The notes under the pieces were generated by a model. It had not been told where the DNA came from, made no database searches, and saw nothing but the letters and a program-made list of their open reading frames with translations. The position numbers and the translations under genes are program-made. Positions 38,246-49,800 of a stretch of 64,000 nucleotides of DNA are shown piece by piece (the first letter of the stretch is position 1; every line of letters starts with the position of its first letter). Source of the stretch: Azolla caroliniana (lineage: Eukaryota; Plantae; Polypodiophyta); contig JBHGNT010000018.1 of the NCBI GenBank assembly GCA_043228905.1, positions 14,508,001-14,572,000 on the forward strand. The letters run 5' to 3'.

Positions 38246-41200
38246 AGTTAGTCTCACTAGTTATATGTCCATATTTGTTTAAAAACCTTCCCTCTTCCTA
38301 TACATTTCCATCTTTGAAAATTATCCTTAACTTACCTTTTCGTTTCTCCTCATATGCTTTGTAACAAGTACTTTATTGTAAGAGCTTATAATCTTCACAC
38401 ACAACATTGTGTGCCTTTGAGGTAGATCAAACAATTTTCAAGGATAATCCTTTCATCAATCATTGAGATTACAAAAGGTCTTTCTCCAAAGTAAGAGGCA
38501 CTTGTTTTTCAACTCTACATGCCCCACTATCTCTATTGCAAACATTAACCTATGATTTTGTTTTGGATACATTCTTAATTACACTTGCTTTCGTGCAACC
38601 TTGCTTACACATTCACTTTCTCCTCAAGTTGTGTTTCATGTGGATTGAATCACAAGCAATATTTTCAGAATCTCGTTCTCAACCAACCACCACCTTTAAT
38701 TTTCCATTCTCCATCTTGACTACCCACAACCCTTGACCTTGCTCATTGATGGTATATTGTAATAAAATCAATGACTCATAATTATTGCTTCTAATGTTGG
38801 CAGTGATATTGCATTAAGATCAAGAATCCTAGGTGATGTTAGGTCAATTTCTATTTTATTAAAAGACTTTGTAGAGACCTCTCACAAGTGTTAAGCCAAA
38901 GTTAAATCCAAACTTTTTAACAAGTGCAATATTGAAATCTGTCATATGTAATAATTGGCAACGGTTCGGTTTGAACCGAACCGAACCGTGACTTAACAGT
39001 TAGGTTTAGGTTTAGGTTTTTTTTTGTCGATTCGGTTTCATCCGTTAGAAATCGCAGTTGAAACGGTTTAACAGTTTTTTATTTTTTCTAAATTTTAAAA
39101 AAATATAAAAAAATTTACAAATATAAAAAAATTGTTTTAAAACAATCTTTTCATTTTCATGCCTTATTCTCACATTTTAGGAAAATCTTTAAATTTTGAC
39201 CTAAGCTGAAAACCGAAACCGAACCATGAAACCGCGGTTTTACTGGTTTAATGGCTTAACGGTTTGATTTTTTAAAAATGGTTCAATTTTACGGTTTCGT
39301 GGTTCGGTTCAAGTTTCAAAATTTTTAAACGGTTCAGTTTGGACCCTCTTGAACCGAACCGAACCGTTGTCGATTGATAGTAAGAAAAGGCCAAATATGT
39401 TATTTCTTATTATTTACGCATAGGTATAAAAACTAATAGAAATGAGGGTTTCTAGTGCCCCCAAAAAGTTTTGTGTATTTTTCTCTGTCTGTGTGCTGTT
39501 TGACATTTTCTCTGCAGGTAAGGAAAAACAGCAGCTCGCAGCTCGTCCGTCTCCATCGTTCTTCTCCAACAGTGGTATCAGAGCTTGGACCTCGTGAGAC
39601 TATGTGTGGCAGCAAGCATCCGACCTTTCTGCGTTTCCCCCCTCTGCACATGCTATTTTTTCAAGACCTCGACAGAGGTAATATCTAGTACGCTTCTCGT
39701 CTGAATATTTCCTTTTTTGTGTGCCAATCTTTTGGGAAAAAAGAGTAGACCTTTGGTGAAAGCTAGAAACAGAGAAGACTCAATGTTTCTAGCATACAAA
39801 GTGAGAAGTTACAAGTAAAAGAACTTGTATTTGGTTTTCCCGATGCTTGCTCACTTGATGTCACTTGATGTGAGTTTCTGACGTTGAAGTTACGTCTTAG
39901 TTGCAGTCCTTTTGCCTTGGCTGATATAAGAGAGAGGTGTTGTCCTCAATCGAACACAAATACCTACCCTAGAACACGGTTTGAGTCTAGGTAGTGAGTA
40001 GTGTCTCAACTATTGTTAGTTGCTTATATTTGGGATTGACCAAGTTTACCTAGCATCCAAATGGCTGCCTCTGAAATGTCTGAGGTTTCAAGTACCTCAC
40101 GCGGTGGTTCGTTCAATTCCCATAGAAATCACTCTATGGGTGGAAAAGACCACCTTGAGATCCGTAAATTTGACGGATCCAACTTTGCCCTGTGGAAGAA
40201 TCAGATGAGAGATGTCCTGATTCAAAGAAGGCAATTAAGAGCTATAAGTGGTGAAGCCAAGAGACCCGAGGGCATGACCAAGGACGATTGGGAAGAGCTC
40301 GATCTCTTGGCAATGTCTACCATAAGACTGCACCTGGCTGACAACGTGTATTTCACGGTCTTGGACTGTGACTCAACTGAAAAGCTATGGACTAAACTAT
40401 CTAGTACATACGAAAAAGAGACCGCATCAAACAAAGTTTATCTAATGAGAAAACTTTATGATCTTCGAATGAAGGACAATGACAGTGTCGCTTCTCATTT
40501 GAATGATTTTGATGCATTATGGTCACAATTACTGGCTCAGAAAATGATTTTTGATGATGAGCTTAAATGTGTATTTTTGTTATGCACTTTGCCTAGCTCA
40601 TGGAACACTTTTTGCACCGCTATTAGTGCAAGTGCACCAAATGGGAAATTAGTCTATAATGACATATGTGGAGCTCTTTTGGGTGAAGAAATTCGTAGAA
40701 AATCTGTGATTGCATCACACAATGGAGATGCATATAATGTTTCTGATGTTGGTCCTCGCAAGAACCAACACCGTGGTAGGAGCCAAACAAGAAATAGTAG
40801 TGGAAATGATAGAGGTAGAAGCAAATCTAGGAAGAAAAATATGGAATGTTATTACTGTCATAAAAAGGGACACCTTAAGAAAGATTGTTATGCCCTAAAA
40901 AATAAGGAGAAAGATAATGCTAGAGGGCATGGTAGACAATCTAGTGGTCCTTCTTCCTCGGTGGAAATAGAGGAAGTAAATGCAACATGTGATGAGACAG
41001 ACATCTTGGTCCTAGATGATGTTAGCACACATGCTGGGGTGAACACGGTCTTTTCCCCATCACATACATGGTTGTTGGACTCCAGTGCATCGTTTCATGT
41101 GACTCCACATAGAGAGTGGTTCACATGTTATGAAGCCAAGTCACTTGGGAAAGTTCGACTTGGAGACTCACATCAATGTGATGTGATTGGCATTGGAAAT

Positions 41201-43779
41201 ATCTCAATGCATTTTAGTGATGGTTCTCATCTGACCATTAAAGATGTACGCCACGTTCCTCAACTAACTCGTAGTTTGATTTCCGTTGGTCAGCTTGATG
41301 ACAACGGATATAAGGTGATGTTTGCTTCTCAATCCTTTCGTATAACGAAAGGAAATATGATTGTCGCAAAAGGGAACAAAGTTGGTTCCCTCTACCCTTT
41401 ATTTGTTCATCAAAAGGAACACTTGTTGGCTGTCATAGACCAGCCAATGACGAGCATTTGGCATGGTCGTTTAGGCCACATGTCAAGAAATGGCATGGAA
41501 ATCCTATCTCGTTATGGCCACTTACCTAAGTTGTCATTCTCTGATTTTGCCTTATGTGAGCATTGTCAGCATGGTAAGCAAACAAGAAGTGCACATAAGA
41601 CCAGTGTTAACTCATCCACTAAACCATTGGATCTTGTCCACATGGATATTTGTGGACTTATGCCCACAAGATCTTTGGGCGGTGCACTATATTTTGTTAC
41701 TTTCATTGATGATGCCACTAGGAAAGTTTGGGCTTATCCAATTAAGGGAAAGGATGATGTATACCCCACTTTCAGAAAATGGCTTAGTTCGGTTGAGCTG
41801 GAAAAGGACATAAAGCTCAAGGCCTTACGTTCAGACAATGGAGGTGAGTATACCTCTCATGAATTTGATGACTTTTGCAAGTCTAGAGGCATTCGGAGAG
41901 AGCTTACAACTCCTTACACCCCTATCCAAAATGGTATGGCTGAGAGGATGAACAGAACCATCCAGGACAGAGTTGTCTCTATGCTACACCATGCAAACCT
42001 CTCGCAAGGTTTTTGGGCAGAAGCTGTTTTAACAGCAGGCCATGTGATTAACCTATCACCGAACACAACCATAGTTCTAAAAGTGGCACAAGAGTTGTGG
42101 ACAGGCAAGACACCTCATTATGCTCATCTTACAGTTTTTGGATGCGAAGCATATGTACACATTCCAAAAACCTTAAGAAAGAAATTAGACTATAAATGCA
42201 GAAAATGTATATTTCTTGGTTACGGAATTGATGGGTAGTTTGGATATCGCTTATGGGATCCTGACACACGTACTGTGGTCAGAAGTAGTGATGTTGTTTT
42301 TGATGAGAACAAAATGCATAAACAGACCGTAAAGGAGGTAGAAGTGAGGAAGGTTGCATTTAAAGATAGTACGTCTTTTGTTGATGTAAAACAAAAAAAT
42401 CTCACTGATGTAGATGCTTCTACATGTGGGCAGTCACAAAAACCTGTTATTGGTCAGGATGAAGATGCCGAAAATGATGATGCTCAGCACAATGATGTGC
42501 AAGATGATGTTTATGCTCATAATGATGATGCTCAGAATGATGTTTCTCATGCACAACCTGATGGCACTCAGGTTCAGGATTCATTGAGGAGATCTATGCG
42601 TGTCCCCAAGGCACCTAATAAGTTTGCTGATTATGTAATGCTAACAGATGCCGGTGAGCCTTCATGTTACAATGAAGCCATATCTGTAAATGACCATGCG
42701 AAATGGAAACAGGCCATGCAAAGTGAATTGGACAGTATTTATAAAAATGGTACTTGGGATTTAGTACCTTTGCCAAAGGACAGGAAAGCATTGCCATGCA
42801 AATGGGTATACAAGTATAAGCATACATCTGATAGTGCTTCTCCAAAGTATAAAGCACACTTGGTTGCCAAAGGTTTCAAACAAGAATATGGAATTGATTT
42901 TGATGAAATGTTTTCTCCTGTAGTTAAGATGACTACATTACGTATGTTGCTTTCATTGGCTGCAAATCAGAATTTGGAACTTGTCCAAATGGATGTGAAG
43001 ACTGCCTTCTTTCATGGGGACCTTGATGAGGACATTTATATGGAACAACCAGAAGGTTATGAAGTATTGGGAAAAGAACATTTGGTATGTAAACTCAAGA
43101 AGAGTTTGTATGGGCTTAAGCAATCCCCGAGGTTATGGTATCAGAAATTTGATGCTTTTATGAAGACTCAAGGATATATTAGAAGCAATGAGGATGCATG
43201 TCTTTATACAAAAAACTGTTCAGATGGGAGTTTTATCACCTTGATATTATATGTTGATGACATGCTTATTGTTGGTAAAAACAAGGATGAGTTATCCTCG
43301 TTAAAGAAAAACTTGGGCCAGAACTTTGACATGAAGGATTTGGGAGATGCAAAACATATTCTTGGTTGTTATTCGCTTAGCCGGACAAGGCCTAACACAA
43401 GGTGTCACGGAGACACTTCACCAAAGGGTGATTACGGCATAGGATTAAGATTCAACGATTACACCGACTTACGTAGGTTACACGATTAGATTGCTTGGTT
43501 AATTACACGCGTAAGATATAACAGTGATTACAGAACGGAAATCAAGACAGAAGTACAAACATCATAAGCTCTATTAATTATCCGCTGTCATTACAATAGG
43601 GTCCGGGCCTTTAAATAGGTTTCCGGCCCGTAGTACAAAACGGTGCCCCTCGCACCTATTCGGGATCCGTCCGGATCTGGAACGGCATACCGTTTCCAGT
43701 CCGTCCGTCCACACTATCCTCATTTACAACCATATATAATTAATTCCGTATTTTGGACTCCTTGCCGGCCGGTAACACA

Positions 43780-43796
43780 TGGCACGCCCGTGGGAC
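43780..43796 (-). promoter_or_regulatory. tRNA-Arg(UCU) 3'-end copy occupying the PPT position
   Basis: The element sense strand reads GTCCCACGGGCGTGCCA-TG-[3' LTR TGTTACC], with no purine tract adjacent to the LTR. Confidence 0.75.
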
Positions 43797-43829
43797 AGTA
43801 CCTTGTACGTCGAACCCTTCTCGGCCCCT

Positions 43830-46808
43830 TCATTGTTCACCCAAATTGTCCAAAATACTTGGTTCAAGAATTTCCGCTTGTTCTTTCGGTTGTGGTTGTT
43901 GCGGCTGTGCTTGCTGCTGCTGCTGTGATTGCGGTTGTGACTGAGGTTGCTCCGGCTGCTCTGCTTGCTGCTGCTGCTCCATTTGTTTCGCTGACTCCGG
44001 CTGCTCAGTTTGTCTCTCTGGCTCCTGCATCTCCGTTTGACTGCTTCCGGTCCGGTCTCCTTCCAGTAACGGTTCCTCATCACTGAGGTTGACCGTAACT
44101 GGTTCTCGTTCTTTCTCTCCCCGGATCCGGGACCTCTCGTAGCTTTCAAACTGGATCTGCGCCTCCAGCCTGTCGTCGTCTAGCTGAGCTACAAGTTGCC
44201 GGACTTGCTCTAGTTGGTCCTCTGCCAAGGCTTGAAAGTCTTCGGCAAGCTCATCTCTTATGCCGGTGAAGTCCTCGGAAGTCAGCATATAGCAATCATC
44301 TCCCTCCTTTCGCCGGTTCTCTACGTCGGCCCGGAGCAATTGGAGTTCCGCCGCGTCCGTGGCCCACTTGGTCCACCATTTGACGGAGCCGTTGTCGATC
44401 AAGCTCTTGGTCTGGTTCAACCAGGCCCGCATGATATCTTGGATGCGACTTGCTCCCATTTGTGCTCTGCTTTCCACCACTTGTCGCTCCTCCTTCAGCT
44501 GCTTGATGAGATTTGACGTATCCTCCGCCTGCTCTCGGTAGCGCGTCAGCTGCCCTTGATATGTCGTTTGCAGCCTCTGCAGTACCTCCGCCGCTCTTTC
44601 TTTTTCCGCCTGCTGTTGCCTGAGGAGCTCTGTCCGAACCTTCTCCGCCTCTTCCAACCGTCTTCTGTTTTCCGCTTGTTCCTTGGCGAATGCGGTTGCG
44701 GTCCGATCAACTGCTTGCCGGAGCTCATCCGTCCGTTCCTTGTGCTCCGTTTGCAACCGTTTATACTCCCGGTGCAATTGCTCAAATTCCTCCGTTTTTT
44801 GTTTGAGCTTGCCGTTGATCTGGCGATTGTTCCGGTCCTCCCGGTCCTTTACCTGCCGGAGTTCCTCTTTCAGGCGCTCTACTTCTGTTTCGGCGTTCCT
44901 CCGGAGCTTGTCCTTCTCTTGCAGCATTTTCTCCTTTTCCTCCTTGAGCCGGTCGTAAGCTTGGTGGCCTTTCCGTAAGCTCTCCTCGGCCCGGCGTAGA
45001 TTCTCAGCAGTCTTTTTGAGTTCTGCCTCCGCTGCCGTCTTCAATTCTCTTTCGCGGCTCCTCAGCGCTTCTTGGGCAGCAAGCTCATCCTTTAAATCCG
45101 CAAGCTCTTGGGCTTGTGCCGCATTTCTCTCCGGAACGGTTTCCGTTGCCGGGGTCTGATTGCTATGTACAGGTTGATTTGATACTTTATTCTGTACATT
45201 GCCCGGAGTCACCGGTGCTTGGACTTGTGTTTCCCTTGTGATCCTGTCCAAGTCTTCTTCAAGGCTCCGGATTCTGGACCGGGCTGTCTCTAGATCTACG
45301 GTTGTGACGAGCAACCGTTCCTGGTGCGTTCTCTCTTCCGCCTCTATATACTCGACCACTCCGGCGATTTGCTCGCCTACCCACCGTAGCCACATGCTAC
45401 TGGTGCCCTGTTGCTGTACTGGTCGAGTCGCCTCATTCATCGTGGAATTGTCTGGCCTGATTGCCTGCATATGCCGTTCTGGTTCTACTCCTTGGCCGCC
45501 GTGTGCTCTGGCTGGGCTCGCCGGCTGTTGAGTTCCGGTTCTCGCCGTCTCCGGAGCCGTTGGACTGACTTCTTCTATAGAAGTCGACAAGACCGGTTCC
45601 CTACGTACCGGTTCCGGTTCTTCCCTTGTGGTTTGCTCAGGTTGAGTTGGGGGCGTCTCTGCCTCTCGCGGGTACGACCGCTCCCCTCCTGCCTCGGCGG
45701 TCCTACTTCTTGACCGTCGTTGGAGGTGCTCTTCTGGCTCCTCCGTTTCCTCTTCCTGTGTCACGGCATGTTTCTGTGCCGTCAAGGGTTCCGGTTCCTT
45801 CTGTCCTGGTCTCCGTAAGGTTATTTTGACGGGTCGGACCGGTGACACCTCCTCCGGTTCTGGGGCCCGTTTCTTCCCTTTCGTCGCCTTCGACGCCAGC
45901 AGCTGCTGTCGTTTGGACGCCGGCTTCGAGGTGCTTCCTTCCGATACTCTTGGCCGTTTCTTTGGCTGGACGGTCTCGACCGGCGGCACGAGCAATGTTA
46001 TCCATTGAGCTACGGCGTGCCACAGCTTCCGGCCCTCCTTGCCGTCCTTCCCTCGTACCATGTCGATTGCCATGCACAACCCGTCTGCAATCAACACCGG
46101 CCAGTCCACCTTGACCCCTTCATATGTGGCTATGATCATCCCTGCCCGATTTTTTGGCATGACAGGGGGTCGGGGGTACACGTGACCGTACTCATGCAGC
46201 ACTCGAGCTATCTCCCTGAATAGCGGATCTTCGCCACCCTGCGTCCGATAGCCTTTGCCGGCAACAGAGTACTCACCGAAATATCGGGTGAGTTGCTCCG
46301 AGGTTGGGTTATCGATCTGAAAGATTCCTCCCTCCGGAAGGCCTGTTAGCGCGCGGATTGCTTCCTCGGTGATGACCTCTGTGGCGAGCTCCTTGATGAC
46401 CCGGTCGGCTTCTCTGTGCGGCGGTGCCTCCATGATGGCCAAGAACCCCTCCAGTCCGTTTTGCCTGAACCATTTCCTGGCCGCTTCCGACAGCGTTTGG
46501 GGTTCCATGTCTGCTTCAAGGTCGAGGGAAGATGGCGAGGTAGAGTGGTGATGAGAGTGAGAGCGAGAGAGAGAGCGTTCTGAGCGCGGAGGTTCTCTGC
46601 GTGCAGGTTCGCGTTTGCTCAGCTTCCACTGTCTTGGTGCTTCTGTGCTTCTTGGCTCGCGAAATGAAAAGGTCTCCATGCGTTCTGCTTCTTCTTTGTG
46701 CGTTTTGGCGCCTTTTTCGAGCATGCACACGTCGTGTACCCATTTAGTATTAAGTAGCGTGGCGTCTCTTAAATGCCCACTACGTACCTTTTCGCGCCTC
46801 GCTTTCAC
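43830..46808 (-). CDS. Extra ORF (up to 992 aa) downstream of pol: globular N-terminal domain, low-complexity linker, long coiled coil; function unknown, start codon uncertain
   Basis: Uninterrupted ORF in the same sense as pol, with a homologous decayed copy at 12683-14900. Confidence 0.8.
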   Translation of the reverse strand: MKARREKVRSGHLRDATLLNTKWVHDVCMLEKGAKTHKEEAERMETFSFREPRSTEAPRQWKLSKREPARREPPRSERSLSRSHSHHHSTSPSSLDLEADMEPQTLSEAARKWFRQNGLEGFLAIMEAPPHREADRVIKELATEVITEEAIRALTGLPEGGIFQIDNPTSEQLTRYFGEYSVAGKGYRTQGGEDPLFREIARVLHEYGHVYPRPPVMPKNRAGMIIATYEGVKVDWPVLIADGLCMAIDMVRGKDGKEGRKLWHAVAQWITLLVPPVETVQPKKRPRVSEGSTSKPASKRQQLLASKATKGKKRAPEPEEVSPVRPVKITLRRPGQKEPEPLTAQKHAVTQEEETEEPEEHLQRRSRSRTAEAGGERSYPREAETPPTQPEQTTREEPEPVRREPVLSTSIEEVSPTAPETARTGTQQPASPARAHGGQGVEPERHMQAIRPDNSTMNEATRPVQQQGTSSMWLRWVGEQIAGVVEYIEAEERTHQERLLVTTVDLETARSRIRSLEEDLDRITRETQVQAPVTPGNVQNKVSNQPVHSNQTPATETVPERNAAQAQELADLKDELAAQEALRSRERELKTAAEAELKKTAENLRRAEESLRKGHQAYDRLKEEKEKMLQEKDKLRRNAETEVERLKEELRQVKDREDRNNRQINGKLKQKTEEFEQLHREYKRLQTEHKERTDELRQAVDRTATAFAKEQAENRRRLEEAEKVRTELLRQQQAEKERAAEVLQRLQTTYQGQLTRYREQAEDTSNLIKQLKEERQVVESRAQMGASRIQDIMRAWLNQTKSLIDNGSVKWWTKWATDAAELQLLRADVENRRKEGDDCYMLTSEDFTGIRDELAEDFQALAEDQLEQVRQLVAQLDDDRLEAQIQFESYERSRIRGEKEREPVTVNLSDEEPLLEGDRTGSSQTEMQEPERQTEQPESAKQMEQQQQAEQPEQPQSQPQSQQQQQAQPQQPQPKEQAEILEPSILDNLGEQ

Positions 46809-46836
46809 ACCCGTTCATACCTCGATTTTTAATGAT

Positions 46837-46869
<33 letters not shown>

Positions 46870-46894
46870 CAATCTTTAATGACGGTGTGTGACC

Positions 46895-49800
46895 TTACAC
46901 ATCCGTAGGTCCCTTCGGACCCTGACCGTTTTTCTTACGGGTTGCCGTGTCTTCCTTTGTCTCTGCTACGGGTTCCCCGTCGTCTTTTTCTTCCGGATCG
47001 ATCCGTACCGATCCCGGACAGGTTCCTGGTGTAGTGCCGGTGAGCTGCATAAACGGGTTCTTTGGCATCGGTCCTTTATAGGGTTTTAGTCGAAATCCGT
47101 TTACCCACTTGCCTAGTACTTCACCGGCAAGTGTCCCTATCTGATAGGACCCGTTGTATTCCCGTGTCAGCCAATACGGGCCTGTCCATCTGAACCGGAG
47201 TTTACCCGGCATTTTGCCCATCCTCGTTTGGAAGACTAGAACCGGCTTTCCGATTTCGAACATCTTTTCGTTACCTTTTCGGTGACGGTCAACGAACGCT
47301 TTCCGTCGTCGTTGCTCCAGTTCCATGTGGAGGATGCTGGCCAGCCGTTGCTCCTCCAGTTCGCATAGTGCTGCTAGCCGCATTTCCTCCGACTTCTTTT
47401 CATTCAGCCGTTCCCGTAGTTGGATCCGTAAGCTTGGTACCTGGAACTCGACCGGCATGACCGCTTCCAAGCCGAATGCTAACCGGAACGGTGTTGTCCG
47501 GATACTCGTTTTGTATGCCGTTCTGTACGCCCATAGCGCGCTATTGAGCTTTGTATCCCAGTCCGTCCGGTTTTCGTTGACGATTTTGCGGAGAATGTTC
47601 TGCAGCGTTTTGTTGGTGGATTCCGCCAACCCGTTCGCCTGTGGGTAGTACGGTGTGCTTCTTTTATGCACCACGGCATAGAACGTTGTTAAGCTTTCCA
47701 CTACCTGGCCGAGGAAATGCCCTCCTTGGTCGCTGATCAGTTCAATCGGACATCCATATCGGCACCAAATGTTTTCGTATAGGAATTTTGTTGTGGATGA
47801 CGCGGTGTTGTCTCTCAAGGCCTTAGCTTCCACCCATTTCGTGCAATAATCCGTTGCCACGATGACATAACGATTACCCGTTCTCATTGCCGGTGGCTTG
47901 AACGGTCCGACAAAATCCAACCCCCACTTCTGGAATGGCTCTAGTGGAAGTACCGGTTGGTGTGGCATTCGTGCTTGCTCCGTAGGCTGGCCCATTCGTT
48001 GGCATAGGTCACATTCCTTAGCATACTTGACGGCGTCTTTTAACGTCGTGGGCCACCACAAGCCGCTCTGCCATACTTTCCTCGCCGTCGCTTCCCCGGC
48101 ATAGTGTCCTCCGGCAACCCCACAGTGTGCTTCCCGTAAAATTACTTCTTTCTCGTCACTACGGACTGCCCGTCGCCATATTCCATCTGCTCCTTTGTGG
48201 TAGAGAGTGTCCCGTAACAGACAGAAATTGCGGCTCTGCACCGCCAGTCGTTTCCTCTCGTCCCGGTTCATTTCCTCCGGTGGCAGGCCCGTGCTTAGGA
48301 ACTGGTGCATGTTTGTCAGCCATTTATCTTCTGATGCCACCGTGTCGTCCGCTGCCGTTTCCGGGGTGATACGGAATAACTCCGCGTCCGGGAATTCATC
48401 CGCTACTCCGTCGCCTGGTTCTCCGGACTCTAACCGGCTCAGGTAGTCTGCTACGGCATGCTGGATACCGGGCCGGTGGAAAATCTCGAATTCGAACTCC
48501 TGCAACAGCAAGGTCCAACGGGCCAACTTACCGGTCAGGGACGCCTTGGAAACTAAGTAGAGGAGCGCCGAGTGATCCACATGGAAGGAGAACTTCCTTC
48601 CCAATAGGTAGTGACGAAACTTTGTGACACTGTAGATCATGCCGAGGGCCTCCCGTTCCGTCGTTGAATAGTTCTTCTCCGCTTGGGACAGCTTCCGGCT
48701 GGCGTAATATACCGGCCGGTACCATTTGGGCTCCGTAAGCTGCATTAAGGCGCTGCCAATCGCGATGTCGGACGCGTCCACGAACACGTGAAATTCCTTG
48801 CTCCAATCCGGAGGCTGTACGACGGGTGCTTGCGATAAAAGTACCTTCAGGGCATTGTATGCCTTATCCTCCGTCTCCGTCCATTGGAACGGTGTCCGAT
48901 GTACCGCGGTGTGTAATGGTGTCGCCAAGTCCGCCAAGTGACGGAGCATCCGGCTATGCCACCGGATTTGTCCTAAAAATCGGCTTAGTGCTTTGGCCGT
49001 TTTCGGCGCCGGTGCCCCTAGTATGGCGTTTACTTTGTCCGGGTCGACCGCAATGCCCTCCTTACTTACGATGTGTCCCAGCAATATTCCACTTGAAACC
49101 CCAAAGATGCATTTTGCTGGGTTTAAGCTTAGCCGGTATAACCTGCACTTTTCAAGGCATAACCGTAGGTGCTGCAAATGGTCTTTTCCCCGGCTATAGA
49201 CTGCAAAATCATCTAGGAAAACTTGCATGAAGGCAGGAATGTATTCGCCGAAGATCTCCATGATGATTCGCTGGAACGTTGCTGGTGCCGTTTTTAGGCC
49301 GAACATCATGACTTCGGCCACAAACACCCCCCATTCGGTGACGAACGCTGTCTTTTCCTGGTCGTCCGGGTGCATCCGGATTTGATTGTACCCGCTGAAC
49401 CCGTCTAAAAAGCTATAAACTTCATGACCGGCGACGGCATCCAGTACTCCGTCCGTGAACGGAAGAGGGAATGCATCCGTAATTGTGGCGGCATTTAGTT
49501 TCCTGTAATCAACACACACACGGATTTTACCGTTTTTCTTGGGGACGACGACGATGGGGCTCAGCCACGTCGCTTTCTTTACCGGCCGGATGAAGCCCAC
49601 TCTTAGGAGTTTGTCGATTTCCTCTTTTACTTTGGCGGCGTAGTTGGGGTTCATTCGGTATCGTCGTTGCGCCACTGGTTTCGCGTCCTTGCCTAAGTGG
49701 ATTTGATGCTGATATAATTGAGGGTCCAGCCCTCGCATGTCTTCGTATGACCAGGCGAATACGTCGCGAAACTCCGTAAGCAGTTTGATCATCGCCGCTT

